This document shows, in pieces, positions 20,061-30,500 of a stretch of DNA of 64,000 nucleotides. A model generated the notes under the pieces. It made no database searches. It was given only the letters and a program-made list of their open reading frames with translations, and had not been told where the DNA came from. The stretch comes from Euryarchaeota archaeon UBA251 (GTDB taxonomy: Archaea; Thermoplasmatota; Poseidoniia; Poseidoniales; Thalassarchaeaceae), in assembly GCA_002497905.1 (NCBI GenBank), contig DAFJ01000085.1:15993-79992 (forward strand), in the 5' to 3' direction. Both the position numbers and the translations under genes were made by a program. The stretch's first letter is position 1. Every line of letters starts with the position of its first letter.

Positions 20061-22811
20061 TCACAGAATCCGGGATTCTACATCTTCTTCCAGCTGGATA
20101 TTGGATGTCGTCCCTCCACCAAACATATCAGCAGGTGGTGCAGTAACAGGTACTGAAAATTCCGTTATCGAATCATAGAGTGATGATGGCTCACTAGTAC
20201 GGGACTCTTCCATTCGAATATAGAAAACAACAGCAACAGCGGCGAAAATCAGAGCAAGTAATCCAATCAATATCATTGCATAAGTTACTGTGCGTTTATT
20301 CTCTTGGCGGGCGAGATCCTCTGGAGTCCGAAGTTCTGGATCGAAGGGGTCAACGTCGAAGTTATCCCCTATTCCATCTCCATCCTGATCGAACCATTCC
20401 AACGGATTATCTGGGAAAACATCCATACTATCTCCAAAACCGTCTCCATCGCGATCACCACATTCCTGTGGATTATTCGGCCAGAGATCAGTATTGTCTC
20501 CACAACCATCGCCATCAGAATCAACCCAATCCTTGGAATCCTCTGGGAAGACATCCTGATTATCCCCATATCCATCTCCATCTGAATCCAACCATTCCAA
20601 CGGATCAGATGGGAATGCATCGCTATTATCGCCTTGACTATCGCCATCAGAATCTATCCATTCCAATGGATCCTCTGGGAAGATATCTGAATGGTCGCCG
20701 ACACCATCTGAATCAGTATCATTCCATTCGTTGGAATCTGTCGGGAATACATCAACAGAGTCACCGTATCCGTCTCCATCGAGATCCGGGCAACCTAGAG
20801 GGTGAGTTGCATCACCCGCTTCATTAGGACAGATGTCGCTGTTATCTCCAAATCCGTCATTATCCGAATCTACCCATTCGGTCAAATCATCAGGGAAGTC
20901 GTCGCCTACATCCCCTACTCCATCACCATCCCTATCCCTACATTCAGTAGGGTCACTTGGAAACATATCTCGGTTATCACCACAACCGTCTCCATCGGCG
21001 TCACTCCATTCCTCTGGATCTAATGGGAAGGCGTCTGTTCCATCCATTACTCCATCATCATCTGTATCTGGGTCCCTTTCATCACTACCGAGAGTATCTT
21101 CGTCTGCATCACTAAGAGCATCGCCATCATCATCGTCATCCTCTGAATCATTGCAGCCATCCTGATCCAAGTCATCGGAATGAAGGCCCACTGCTCCTCG
21201 AGGACATTCGTCAACAGTATCTTCGTGGCCATCATTGTCATCATCAGAATCCACTTCATCTGCGCAACCATCCATATCATAATCTGGACCAGGAGGGCCG
21301 TCAGGACATGGATCAATTGAGTCGACTAAGCCATCCTGATCTGAATCACGCTGATTATCTGCGCATCCAGAAGCATCAACTGAGTTGGCTCCAGCATCAG
21401 TATTCGGACAAATATCGTCACCATTTGGCACGCCATCATCGTCTCCGTCTCTTTGTTCCCAAGAACAACCTACAGAATCAACAGTTTCATTTCTTGTCCA
21501 ATTACAGAGATCGTTTGCATCAGAAATACCATCGCCATCAATATCTAGATCACCAATTGCTTCAATCGCAAGATGTCCAATTGTCTGATGCATTACCCGA
21601 GTTGGATGTGCCTTATCGAAGAAGAGATACTCATCCACATTAGGAGAGATTGGATCGCCAGAATTGCAGATTGGTAGAGGTAGAAGGCTAACACCACCTC
21701 GGCACGCAGCGGATTGCGTATCCGTGAAACCAAAATGCTCCTCATTCTGAACAATTTCGTGGAATATTGACCACGCATCGACCATGTGAATTGTAAGATT
21801 GAGTTCTGCGGAGAGATTCCCTACAAGGTTTGACAACTTCTGATTGTACGAGATAACTTCGGAACGTATCGTAGACTGCTGTGCTTGAGTTCTGCTCAAT
21901 ATCTCGGGGGTCAATTCTAGAGGAGGGAGATTTGGAATGATGAACTCGGTCGCCCCTGCCGTCGATAATTGACGGATATGAGCTTCCATATTCGTGACGA
22001 TTACATTGGAGTTAGCTGATCCGTAGAGGAAATCATTTCCTCCAGCCCAAAGTGCAACAATGGAGCCAGACGGAACAGTAGTCTGTACATTTGCAAAATA
22101 GGCCGTAATCTGAGTCCCAACATTAGGGAGTACAATGTAGGAGTTACCAGCTCCAGTTTGTGAGCCGCCAAAGGCCCGATTGTCACCGGCCGAAGAACCG
22201 GTACCAATTGAGGTTGAAAGGCCCATACGGTCACTAACATGCTCAACCCACACAGGACCATTTGAGAATCGACCTTGCCAATATGGGGGGACATCTGGGA
22301 CATTGAGGGCTGAACGAGCATTGCCCATGTCGCTAAGAGAATCACCGAAAACAAGCAAATCCGAGTAGGTAGGAGTTACCGTCTGTCCAATAACAAAAAA
22401 GGTGATTTCTGTAAATTCAATGAGTGAACCAACCGAATCCAAAACTTCGATTTCAATACTGTATAACCGATCACCCATGTAGAAACCATAGATATCAAAA
22501 ACGGTTGAATCTGACGAGCCTGAGGTCTGGAATATCTGATTGCCTTGAAGTAATGGAGTGGGCACAGAACCGAAAACAGACCATTGGATTGTGTAAAGCG
22601 CATTGTAAGGTGAATCCGAGATGATGGTCGTAACCTCAATTGCCTCGTTTGAATGCCAATCATGACGGTCGATGGCATGTGTAATCGTCGGTGAAGATCT
22701 CCCCTCTGCGGCCGCAGGCACTATGGCAGAATGAGCGAGTAACAAGCCAACGAGGACCCAGGTGCTGAGGTTCGCACCTGAACTTCTTGATATCACGTTC
22801 AAAGCAATCAC
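20061..22811 (-). CDS. Surface protein with an SGNH/GDSL esterase domain, calcium-binding thrombospondin type-3 repeats and a C-terminal TM anchor
   Basis: 916 aa. It has an N-terminal signal/anchor. The GDSL block is LLVFGDSLSDMGN. There are more than 15 D-x-D-x-D-G-x-x-D-x-x-D repeats (for example DSDGDGVGDHSDIFPEDPLEWIDSDGDSQGDNSD). The C-terminal hydrophobic helix TYAMILIGLLALIFAAVAVVFYI is followed by a short cytoplasmic tail. Confidence 0.7.
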   Translation of the reverse strand: MIALNVISRSSGANLSTWVLVGLLLAHSAIVPAAAEGRSSPTITHAIDRHDWHSNEAIEVTTIISDSPYNALYTIQWSVFGSVPTPLLQGNQIFQTSGSSDSTVFDIYGFYMGDRLYSIEIEVLDSVGSLIEFTEITFFVIGQTVTPTYSDLLVFGDSLSDMGNARSALNVPDVPPYWQGRFSNGPVWVEHVSDRMGLSTSIGTGSSAGDNRAFGGSQTGAGNSYIVLPNVGTQITAYFANVQTTVPSGSIVALWAGGNDFLYGSANSNVIVTNMEAHIRQLSTAGATEFIIPNLPPLELTPEILSRTQAQQSTIRSEVISYNQKLSNLVGNLSAELNLTIHMVDAWSIFHEIVQNEEHFGFTDTQSAACRGGVSLLPLPICNSGDPISPNVDEYLFFDKAHPTRVMHQTIGHLAIEAIGDLDIDGDGISDANDLCNWTRNETVDSVGCSWEQRDGDDDGVPNGDDICPNTDAGANSVDASGCADNQRDSDQDGLVDSIDPCPDGPPGPDYDMDGCADEVDSDDDNDGHEDTVDECPRGAVGLHSDDLDQDGCNDSEDDDDDGDALSDADEDTLGSDERDPDTDDDGVMDGTDAFPLDPEEWSDADGDGCGDNRDMFPSDPTECRDRDGDGVGDVGDDFPDDLTEWVDSDNDGFGDNSDICPNEAGDATHPLGCPDLDGDGYGDSVDVFPTDSNEWNDTDSDGVGDHSDIFPEDPLEWIDSDGDSQGDNSDAFPSDPLEWLDSDGDGYGDNQDVFPEDSKDWVDSDGDGCGDNTDLWPNNPQECGDRDGDGFGDSMDVFPDNPLEWFDQDGDGIGDNFDVDPFDPELRTPEDLARQENKRTVTYAMILIGLLALIFAAVAVVFYIRMEESRTSEPSSLYDSITEFSVPVTAPPADMFGGGTTSNIQLEEDVESRIL
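20279..21584 (-). repeat. Tandem imperfect repeats of about 66 bp encoding thrombospondin type-3-like Ca-binding motifs, inside CDS 20061-22811
   Basis: The protein-level periodicity DxDGDGxGDxxDxFPxDPxEW recurs many times. Multiple spurious ORFs on both strands in the track (20276-20827 and others) reflect this low-complexity periodic DNA. Confidence 0.6.
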
Positions 22812-23242
22812 TCTGATTCAGTCAATATTACAGATACAGGTGTAGATGAATCGACTATTTGTGTTGTTTTTCTTTCATTGTAAAATGCCCGCCCTGCAAA
22901 AGGAATACTCCAAAATGCTCCTCCAACGGCGCCAAAAAGGACCACTGTGACTAATGTAATTGGTTCGTTATTTGGTAATCCAAATATGGGCCCAAATAAA
23001 GGAATAATCGATGTGAAAAATGCCACAGGAATGAGGATTTTGAGACCTATTTCTGGCCAACCAGCCCATTTCGATATCTCATTTGCGATGTAGGCTGAAA
23101 GCGCCGATAGCGCAAAAAAACCGCCACATAACCCTGCAAATGAGCCAGGATCAATCTCGGCTAGGACAAATACTCCAAGGATGAAAATTGCCAATATTGC
23201 TCCAGTTGCGGCACTAGATGCCACGATATGCTTCCAACCCAT
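22808..23242 (-). CDS. Small 4-TM membrane protein, hypothetical, likely co-transcribed with the downstream GDSL/TSP3 surface-protein gene
   Basis: 144 aa with four hydrophobic segments. There is a 4-bp overlap with the start of the 20061-22811 gene. Confidence 0.45.
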   Translation of the reverse strand: MGWKHIVASSAATGAILAIFILGVFVLAEIDPGSFAGLCGGFFALSALSAYIANEISKWAGWPEIGLKILIPVAFFTSIIPLFGPIFGLPNNEPITLVTVVLFGAVGGAFWSIPFAGRAFYNERKTTQIVDSSTPVSVILTESE

Positions 23243-23291
23243 TGTGGAGAATTACATCAATTCAGTCAAAAATATGCTGTTTCACTGACGA

Positions 23292-25124
23292 TTACTCTTC
23301 TGAATTATCATCTATGGAACATTGTGGATACATTTCATGCATCGGCGGGAGGAAGAGATCTTCGCAAGTCCGATCAACTGTAGAGAGGCCAAGAACGCTA
23401 TTCCCATCAAGCGAAATCGTCACTGCCTGTGTTGAAACTGGACTTGGGATGTAATCCTCTCCTGTTTGACTAACGAGTAGCTGTATGCCATCTCCTGCAG
23501 GAACAACGACATCCATACCAAAGAATTCCATTTTAGCAATCACTGTGCTTCCAGGTGTTAGGACTTGGCCGTCCTTGCCACCGGCGTGGAATCTGAGATC
23601 CATGACCGCATGTCCAAGATGCATTCCATCAGACGCACGAACCATCTCTACGAAGAGATGTCCCGAGGTTGCTAATAGTGAGATTTGTGCCTCTACATGG
23701 AAAGTCGGAGTTCCAATTATACGAGTTTCATTCTCAAACATTGAACACTCAATGGTTGTCTGACTCGTAGAGGTGATTGTTGCTCCACCAGACAAAACCT
23801 CGCATTCATCCATACCCATCATAAACCACTCAATATCCTCAGGAGGGTAGGTAGATTCGACACGCCAACCGCCCATATTATCCTGAATCTCAGCTATTAA
23901 CCGAGGTTGTGGACCAATGTCCCTCAAGTAGAAATCGAACCACTCTAGGAGGTCATCGGCCCAATCCCATCGCAACGTGTATGGATACGCTTCTGCACCT
24001 CGTCCACTCGAAAGGGAAGAATGTCCACTTTCTCGATCAGGATAATCGTGTGCCCATTGGCCATAAAGTCCCTTGACATCAAATCCTGCATCGATAGACA
24101 TCTGATGTGCAGGGAAAGCCATGTGAGGATCAACATTCCAATCTTGCATCCCGTGGATGATGTAGATTGAACCGTTGTACACATCTAGGGCACCAGTAAG
24201 GAAATGCCTCTCCTCCCAGTAATCAGAACCGGTCCAACCAAGATTGTCTCCAGTCATGTAAGCTGCAGGTCCAGCGTAGTACCCCTCGACATAACCCTCA
24301 CAGGCATTCTCAATATCGCCGCTGTCTCCATCAAGTCCGAAAGAACCGTACACACCATTGTGCATGATTGCACCACGCGCCTCCATGCTACCATTGCGCC
24401 ACATCAAATCATGGACGCCGATAAGTCCAGACATAGGAACGATTGTAGCAAGATATTCGGAGCCCGAAGCCGCGGCATTCCAAGGCGTGCTACCATCATA
24501 TGATTTGCCAATCGCACCGACATTACCGTTTGACCATGATTGGGATCCAAGCCAGTCAACCGCAGCCTTGATTCCTGCCTGTTCATCATGACCCATCAAA
24601 TCCATGCAATGATTTGACTCGCCCGTTCCGAAAACCGAAACTTGAGCAACCCCGTAGCCATGTGGGACAAAATTCTCTATCAGAAAACGGCCAAGCCGAT
24701 CGGCAGGAGTTAACGCATCAACGTCCCCATCATCATAGTAAGGTCCGATTTCTGCTATGACTGGTACCTGGCATTCAACAGGTAGTTCAGCAGAACTCCA
24801 ATCGCAACCCTCGATGATAGGAAGCCAAAGACCGAGATGGACTTCAGCGCCACCTGTCACTCCAGCTCCTCCATCAGAGGCATCAATCTCAGGAACTGGG
24901 ACAAAGACGGAAAGAGAGTCGCCGATACCATACGAACCATTCCATGAAACACGTGAAAACACATCGTCGGCTTGGTAAATCATATCGAAGCGCTCCTCTA
25001 CAGGAGGTAGCCAATGATCTGGTTCGATTTGAGGCTCTTCTTGATCCGTACCAAAACATCCTGCAAGAGGCGCAAGAAATAGAACGAGGGTCAATAGGAT
25101 TGCTCGAATCCGCCTGACTGCCAT
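23292..25124 (-). CDS. Secreted lipoprotein of the X-Pro dipeptidyl-peptidase / CocE-NonD (S15) alpha/beta-hydrolase family
   Basis: 610 aa. Signal peptide with lipobox ([11 protein letters not shown]). The nucleophile elbow is GKSYDGS (a GxSYxG motif). The C-terminal beta-sandwich-like region is typical of the family. Confidence 0.55.
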   Translation of the reverse strand: MAVRRIRAILLTLVLFLAPLAGCFGTDQEEPQIEPDHWLPPVEERFDMIYQADDVFSRVSWNGSYGIGDSLSVFVPVPEIDASDGGAGVTGGAEVHLGLWLPIIEGCDWSSAELPVECQVPVIAEIGPYYDDGDVDALTPADRLGRFLIENFVPHGYGVAQVSVFGTGESNHCMDLMGHDEQAGIKAAVDWLGSQSWSNGNVGAIGKSYDGSTPWNAAASGSEYLATIVPMSGLIGVHDLMWRNGSMEARGAIMHNGVYGSFGLDGDSGDIENACEGYVEGYYAGPAAYMTGDNLGWTGSDYWEERHFLTGALDVYNGSIYIIHGMQDWNVDPHMAFPAHQMSIDAGFDVKGLYGQWAHDYPDRESGHSSLSSGRGAEAYPYTLRWDWADDLLEWFDFYLRDIGPQPRLIAEIQDNMGGWRVESTYPPEDIEWFMMGMDECEVLSGGATITSTSQTTIECSMFENETRIIGTPTFHVEAQISLLATSGHLFVEMVRASDGMHLGHAVMDLRFHAGGKDGQVLTPGSTVIAKMEFFGMDVVVPAGDGIQLLVSQTGEDYIPSPVSTQAVTISLDGNSVLGLSTVDRTCEDLFLPPMHEMYPQCSIDDNSEE

Positions 25125-25236
25125 GTTTAACGGTCAAGCCCCTCGATTTCAAGCCTACCGGCTGTAAGACCTATGTGATATAGGTCAAAACAGTATATTC
25201 CAATGGTTTATTCGATTCCGTGTTAAGCGACAACTG

Positions 25237-25662
25237 ATGACAATGAATCGGTCAGGTATTATCGATGCGCTCAATGGTGCACTTGCTTGGGAATTACGTG
25301 CTATTGCGATGTATGCGCACTATTCTGCCTATGTCTCAGGGATTCATAGACTACAACTATCTGCACATTTTTCCGAAGAAGTCACTGAATCCACTACTCA
25401 TGCTGCTGCTGTCCGAGCTGCAATCGTAAAATTGGATGGAATCGCAACTACAGATCGAGCCGATACTGAGATTATCCATACAATGGATTACACTGAGATG
25501 TTGAAAGAGGCTTACAAAACTGAGATGAAAGCAAGTGAAACCTATGGTCAAATCCTACCTATGATTGAAACGTTAGGTGACAAAGAGCTCTATGATTCAT
25601 TGGAAACCATCTACTTCGATGAAATGCGTTCGGTTGAAGAACTCCGAATGATGTTGAAGTAG
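25237..25662 (+). CDS. Ferritin-like / Dps-like four-helix-bundle protein
   Basis: 141 aa. Helical with paired E/H positions (ELRAIAMYAHYSAY...FSEEVTESTTHAAAV...YFDEMRSVEELR), consistent with a ferritin-like di-iron fold. Confidence 0.45.
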   Translation: MTMNRSGIIDALNGALAWELRAIAMYAHYSAYVSGIHRLQLSAHFSEEVTESTTHAAAVRAAIVKLDGIATTDRADTEIIHTMDYTEMLKEAYKTEMKASETYGQILPMIETLGDKELYDSLETIYFDEMRSVEELRMMLK

Positions 25663-25699
25663 ACGCTGGAAATCCTGGTAACGAATACCAATTTTGGCG

Positions 25700-26330
25700 A
25701 TCCAAAGAATCTTTTGAAAACACCCATTTGAGGGTAATCAATACCACAATGATTGATTAGCAGAAGGATGAGGATTCCATCGTCCAAGAGGACAAGGTGG
25801 GAGCGAGCAGAGGGGGTTCCGTCGGGTGGACTTCGCCCCCTCTGCTCAACTCCGCGGTTGACTCCTGTTCCTCTCCGGTTGCCCTTCGATTCCCAGTCGT
25901 CTTTCCAGTCGATCGGTTCCGCAGTTTCCTACTTCCCCTCTCTCTCTCGTTCATTCCCTTCGGGTTTCCCCTCTGTTCATTCCCGGATACTGGATTTGGA
26001 GCGAGCCCCCTCCGCATTGCTGCGTTTGGTTGCGTTCTCCTCGTTCTGCCGAAGCTTCCCGATTCGTTCCAGCGTCGGTTTCCCTTCGCTGTCGTCTCCA
26101 GGTCTCTCATCGTAATGATCGACCTTCCGTCCACTCGTTGCCGAGTGATCGGAACCGCTCAGGTTTGCGGTTCCGGACCGGAGTCCCCGCAACAGGTTGC
26201 CCCGTCACGCCACTCCCCCGGAGCGGTAACTTAGCATAAGCAAGGGATGTCTATTAACTTTTGCAAGAAAATGGCACTTTTCTTAGGAAATTGACGTTGT
26301 ATGACCCCTATTTCCGATGCAGATTTGTTA
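25700..26330. ncRNA. Candidate structured non-coding RNA locus in a 670-bp convergent intergenic region. Identity and strand are unresolved; RNase P RNA or SRP RNA are possibilities to test.
   Basis: No ORF has protein-like composition here. The plus strand is strongly pyrimidine-rich. A perfect 12-bp inverted repeat lies at 25805-25816/25836-25847, an 8-10-bp hairpin at 26151-26174, and a hairpin at 26133-26146 with a GCAA tetraloop on the minus strand. The region lies between the 3' ends of two convergent genes. Confidence 0.35.
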
Positions 26331-26334
26331 TATT

Positions 26335-27483
26335 TTATTTTCTTAACGCGCGAAGTCGATCTCTCAAATCAGAACGATTGTTCTCCTCTGTTGGGGCCGA
26401 ATCAATTCGTCTTGCAAGCATCTCGCTCTCAAATACAAGTAAGCGACCATCGTCCATTCCGATTACAGTAAAACCCTCGTGAACGGCGATATCTCTGAGT
26501 CGTGCTGATAATGTGAGATGTGTGATTATTTTCCCACTATCCGAATCTAAAAGTGAAATTAGGCCATTTCTTCCTGACCAAGTACTAAACCAAGCACGTT
26601 CTCGATTAGAGAAACAAATATTCTCGATCTCGGCTTCTAGATCAATGGACCAAGAGATGTTTTCATTGTCATAGCAAATAGCGCTCCCCTCCGATGTCCC
26701 GATTAACAGACGAGATTCGTCCTTGACCATGCATTCGATTGTTTCCTTCGTAATTGACGGGAGAGATTCTGGTTTACCATCTATGTTGATTTCTGTAATG
26801 CCTCCATCGATATGCCCTAGTAGAATCTCGCTCTGACCAGTGCCACAACACACGGGTGAATCGCCTAAATCGAGATGGGTATCGATCAATCGATCCCCAT
26901 CTTGCTTCAGATGCAGCAGCCCCCCTCTAGGTCGTCCAAGACCAAGGGCGATTTCTCCGGGCGGTAAGATATGGAGCGACCAAGGACGTTCATCGAATTC
27001 TAGCCTGTGTATGATTTCCCCTTCTGCGTCGATAAGTGTGATTGCACAAATTATGAAATCATTCAATTCAATATCATAGACAGATGATGATACCCAACAT
27101 CTTCCACCATCTGCACAGGCCAAGATATCTGTTGAACCATCGAATTCAGTCCGCCATATAATATCGCCATCTATTGGGTTGATTCTCATTGCTTCTCGTC
27201 CAGCTATACAACGAATATTCTGATCGGTCTGGTCGATTTTGATGGAAGTTACTCGGTCACCCACATCTGTTGACCACAACTCCTCCCCCTCTAAGTTCCA
27301 AGCAACAATTGCTCCATTCCAATCACCTGCAAGAATCAACGAATCATCGATATGGACTGCAGATATGCTCTGAGGCATTCGCCTCTCCATCCATGCAACT
27401 GATTCCGCAGCAAGTGTCCGCGGTCCGTCCATGATTCGGTTCAGGGGTGGCGGCGCATAAGGACGCCTCGTTCCCATGTCCAA
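26335..27483 (-). CDS. Beta-propeller (PQQ/WD40-like) repeat protein, hypothetical
   Basis: 382 aa with repeated roughly 40-aa units carrying the W/D signatures typical of PQQ-like propellers (ILAGDWNGAIVAWNLEGEELWSTDVGDRV...; DGDIIWRTEFDG...). Confidence 0.45.
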   Translation of the reverse strand: MDMGTRRPYAPPPLNRIMDGPRTLAAESVAWMERRMPQSISAVHIDDSLILAGDWNGAIVAWNLEGEELWSTDVGDRVTSIKIDQTDQNIRCIAGREAMRINPIDGDIIWRTEFDGSTDILACADGGRCWVSSSVYDIELNDFIICAITLIDAEGEIIHRLEFDERPWSLHILPPGEIALGLGRPRGGLLHLKQDGDRLIDTHLDLGDSPVCCGTGQSEILLGHIDGGITEINIDGKPESLPSITKETIECMVKDESRLLIGTSEGSAICYDNENISWSIDLEAEIENICFSNRERAWFSTWSGRNGLISLLDSDSGKIITHLTLSARLRDIAVHEGFTVIGMDDGRLLVFESEMLARRIDSAPTEENNRSDLRDRLRALRK

Positions 27484-27492
27484 TCGTTACGG

Positions 27493-29007
27493 TCAAACTG
27501 AACCGTAGATTGTGCCAATCTTATCACGCAAATAATCAACGAAGGGGGCCGGTGTTGGCGCTTCTCCCGTGGCCTCCTCAATGAGGCCAGCAGGAGTTAG
27601 TATTGAGCCCCGAGCATGGACGTGTTCACGCATCCACCCTAAGAGGGGAGTGAAGGTGCCTGAGCGCCAATCATCCTCCAAAGTATGGCCGTCTGATTCG
27701 AGGTCTTTTCGAGCTGCGACGAGGAGTTGGGCCGCGTATAAGTTGCCCAATGTGTAGGTTGGGAAGTAGCCGAATGCTCCCATCGACCAATGAATATCCT
27801 GGAGGACTCCTTGTTTCCGATCAGGGGAACGAATCCCGAGGTAACGTTCGTACATATCATCCCATGCATCCGGTAAATCATCAACATCAAGTTCGCCTGA
27901 GATAAGCAGTTTCTCAACCTCGTACCTGATCATGATGTGGAGGTTGTATGTGGCTTCATCCGCTTCAACACGAATTAAGCTAGGTTCGACCTGGTTGATT
28001 GCCCTCCAGAGCATTTCTGCACTTACGCCATCCATGTTCTCAGGGAAGTGTTCTTTCCACATTGGAAGGCTCCATTCACAGAACGCAAGGCTACGTCCAA
28101 CCTGATTCTCCCAAAGACGACTTTGGCTCTCATGCACGCCTAATCCGTTAGCATGTCCACTGGGTTCAAAATCCAAATTTCTCGGACGCCCTTGCTCATA
28201 GAGGGCATGTCCGGTTTCGTGCAAGGTTCCGAAGATAGCCCCCCACGGTTCACGGGAGTCGTAGCGAGTAGTCCAACGAACATCATCAGGATTTGCTCCA
28301 CCACAGAACGGGTGAGTAGATTCATCTCTACGACCTGCTCCAAAATCGAAGCCCACTGCTTCGGAAAGAGCCTGACTGAGATTTTCCTGTCCTTCTTTCG
28401 ACCACTTGTGACGGTAGACCCAATCATGAGCTCCGCCATCTACATTCACTCCCTGGATAAGAGGGACTGAGGACTCGCGGAGTCCAGCGAAGAGTGGATC
28501 AAGGCGGGCAACTGTTAGGCCTGATTCATAGAGGTCAAGAAGTGCATCGTATCGAAGTGTTTCGTATCCAAGGTAGTCAGCAAGTTCGCGAGCAAGATCA
28601 ACCATCGTTGCGAGGTCGTCACGGAAAATCGAGAAGTCATTTTTGGCTCGTGCCTCTGTCCACGATACAATCGACTTGGACTTGTGCCGAGCCAACCTTT
28701 CCACGAAATCTGTAGGTTGCTTAGTGGACTTATCATAGGCATCTCGGATAAGGCGTAAGTTTCCTGAACGAGTTGGATTGGTACCATCGTCTTCAGCTTC
28801 AGCAGTGGAGAGTAAATCACCCATTAGAGAATCCGTCATCATACCATGACGAGTTTTGGAGAGCCATGCAAGTTGTTCAGCCCGTAGTGGTGCAGCCTTT
28901 GGCGGCATCATAACCTCCTGATCCCATCCAAGGAGGCCCGATATTTGGCCAATCGTCTCAATGTCTTTCTGCTTTGAAAGCAACTCCAAGTAAGCGTCCA
29001 TGCACAT
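27493..29007 (-). CDS. Carboxypeptidase Taq (M32 metallopeptidase)
   Basis: The HEXXH motif is within LHETGHALYEQGRP, and the HPF motif (STHPFCGG) and IRVEADEATYNLHIMIRYE block are present. I placed the start at the internal Met (MCMDAYLELL), which avoids overlap with fumC. The track ORF runs to 29103. Confidence 0.85.
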   Translation of the reverse strand: MCMDAYLELLSKQKDIETIGQISGLLGWDQEVMMPPKAAPLRAEQLAWLSKTRHGMMTDSLMGDLLSTAEAEDDGTNPTRSGNLRLIRDAYDKSTKQPTDFVERLARHKSKSIVSWTEARAKNDFSIFRDDLATMVDLARELADYLGYETLRYDALLDLYESGLTVARLDPLFAGLRESSVPLIQGVNVDGGAHDWVYRHKWSKEGQENLSQALSEAVGFDFGAGRRDESTHPFCGGANPDDVRWTTRYDSREPWGAIFGTLHETGHALYEQGRPRNLDFEPSGHANGLGVHESQSRLWENQVGRSLAFCEWSLPMWKEHFPENMDGVSAEMLWRAINQVEPSLIRVEADEATYNLHIMIRYEVEKLLISGELDVDDLPDAWDDMYERYLGIRSPDRKQGVLQDIHWSMGAFGYFPTYTLGNLYAAQLLVAARKDLESDGHTLEDDWRSGTFTPLLGWMREHVHARGSILTPAGLIEEATGEAPTPAPFVDYLRDKIGTIYGSV

Positions 29008-29066
29008 TGGATGAAGAGATTCTCCTTTACCTCTTTGGACAGAGGTTCTAGATGTATAATTGCTGT

Positions 29067-30455
29067 TTATTTCGGCCCAGTCATATCTTCTGGCCGGACC
29101 CATTCGTCGAATTGAGCCTCGGTGAGAAGTCCGAGTTCAAGGGCACTTTGCTTCAACGTCAACCCATTCTCATGTGCGTTCTTCGCAATCTTCGCAGCTG
29201 CATCATATCCTATGTGGTTATTCAGAGCTGTAACGAGCATCAATGAATTGTCGAGATGCTCTCGGATATTCTCGCGATTCGGCTGAAGGCCTTCGATACA
29301 GCGCTCACGGAATGAATGACAGGAATCTGTCAAAATACGTGCTGATTGTAGTAGGTTGTGTATCATCATGGGTTTGTACACATTCAACTCGAAGTTGCCT
29401 TGCGACCCACCGACGGTTACGGCGGTGTGATTCCCCATTACTTGAGCACAGACCATCGTCAACGCCTCACACTGAGTAGGATTGACCTTTCCAGGCATAA
29501 TCGATGAACCCGGCTCATTCGCTGGCAACTCTAACTCGCCAAGGCCACTCCTTGGGCCTGAGCCGAGCCATCGAACATCATTGGCGATTTTCATCAGAGA
29601 AACAGCAAGAACGCTCAACGCCCCACTCGTCGCGACGATTGCATCGTGAGCTGCGAGTTGAGCGAACTTGTTTGGAGCGCTTCGGAACGGAAGACCAGTG
29701 TGACCCGCGATCTTTGAGGCAACTCCTGCAGCAAAATCTGGATGAGTGTTTAGACCGGTGCCAACCGCAGTACCTCCGAGGGCAATTTCGTAGAGGTCAT
29801 CCATCGATACCTCGATACGGGATAGAGAGGCGTCAATCTGAGCAACCCAGCCTCCAACTTCCTGACCAAGAGTCAGGGGAACAGCATCCATCAGATGAGT
29901 CCTACCAATTTTCACAATATCTGACCATTCCTCTGACTTTTCCTGGAATGAATCCCGGAGAGATCGAACTGAGGGGATCACACTGTGCATAATGGCTTCA
30001 GCGGCTGAGATATGCATCGCTGTTGGGAAGGTGTCGTTACTGGACTGAGCCTTATTGACGTGATCATTGGGATGTACCGGATCCTTGCTTCCAAGTACTC
30101 CTCCAGCCATCTCTATTGCTCGATTCGCAATTACTTCATTCGCATTCATGTTAGACTGCGTGCCCGAACCCGTCTGCCACACACGGAGAGGAAAATGATC
30201 ATTCAACGAACCAGAGGCGACCTCGGATGCAGCTGCGATAATCAGGTCCGCTACATCGCCATCCAATGTCCCGAGAGCTTTGTTGGTCTCTGCCGCTGAC
30301 ATCTTGAGAATGCCGAAAGCGCGGATGACGCCTTCGGGCATAGCATCCTCGCCGATATCGAAATTCATCAAGGAACGAGCGGTTTGGGCCCCCCAGTAAC
30401 GATCGCTTGGCACCGAAAGTGTACCCATGGTGTCGCGTTCAATCCGTTCTTCCAT
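29067..30455 (-). CDS. fumC: Fumarate hydratase class II
   Basis: 462 aa. The fumarate lyase signature [16 protein letters not shown] is present, and the overall aspartase/fumarase family architecture. Confidence 0.9.
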   Translation of the reverse strand: MEERIERDTMGTLSVPSDRYWGAQTARSLMNFDIGEDAMPEGVIRAFGILKMSAAETNKALGTLDGDVADLIIAAASEVASGSLNDHFPLRVWQTGSGTQSNMNANEVIANRAIEMAGGVLGSKDPVHPNDHVNKAQSSNDTFPTAMHISAAEAIMHSVIPSVRSLRDSFQEKSEEWSDIVKIGRTHLMDAVPLTLGQEVGGWVAQIDASLSRIEVSMDDLYEIALGGTAVGTGLNTHPDFAAGVASKIAGHTGLPFRSAPNKFAQLAAHDAIVATSGALSVLAVSLMKIANDVRWLGSGPRSGLGELELPANEPGSSIMPGKVNPTQCEALTMVCAQVMGNHTAVTVGGSQGNFELNVYKPMMIHNLLQSARILTDSCHSFRERCIEGLQPNRENIREHLDNSLMLVTALNNHIGYDAAAKIAKNAHENGLTLKQSALELGLLTEAQFDEWVRPEDMTGPK

Positions 30456-30500
30456 GAATCAATGACCTCACAATCGGGCTATGGAGTTTCGTCCTCAACC

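Noticed and set aside
20276-21643. Plus-strand ORFs (20276-20827, 20304-20585, 20802-21023, 20833-21165, 21308-21643) rich in H/R/P/S
   Set aside because: They lie antisense inside the 916-aa thrombospondin-repeat gene. The periodic Asp-codon repeats (GAY) on the coding strand create long stop-free antisense frames, giving composition-driven artefacts.
25753-26234. Overlapping ORFs of 60-145 aa on both strands (25753-26115 +, 25757-26134 -, 25797-26234 +, 25977-26192 -, 26030-26239 +) in the long intergenic region
   Set aside because: All encode low-complexity Pro/Ser/Arg/Gly-rich peptides. They overlap each other in multiple frames and both strands and have no start context. They are the expected by-product of a GC-skewed structured non-coding region, not genes.
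29067-29103. 37-bp overlap between fumC and the M32 carboxypeptidase as drawn in the ORF track
   Set aside because: The carboxypeptidase homology starts at an internal Met (about 29007). The track start at 29103 is probably a spurious upstream extension, so the genes do not overlap.
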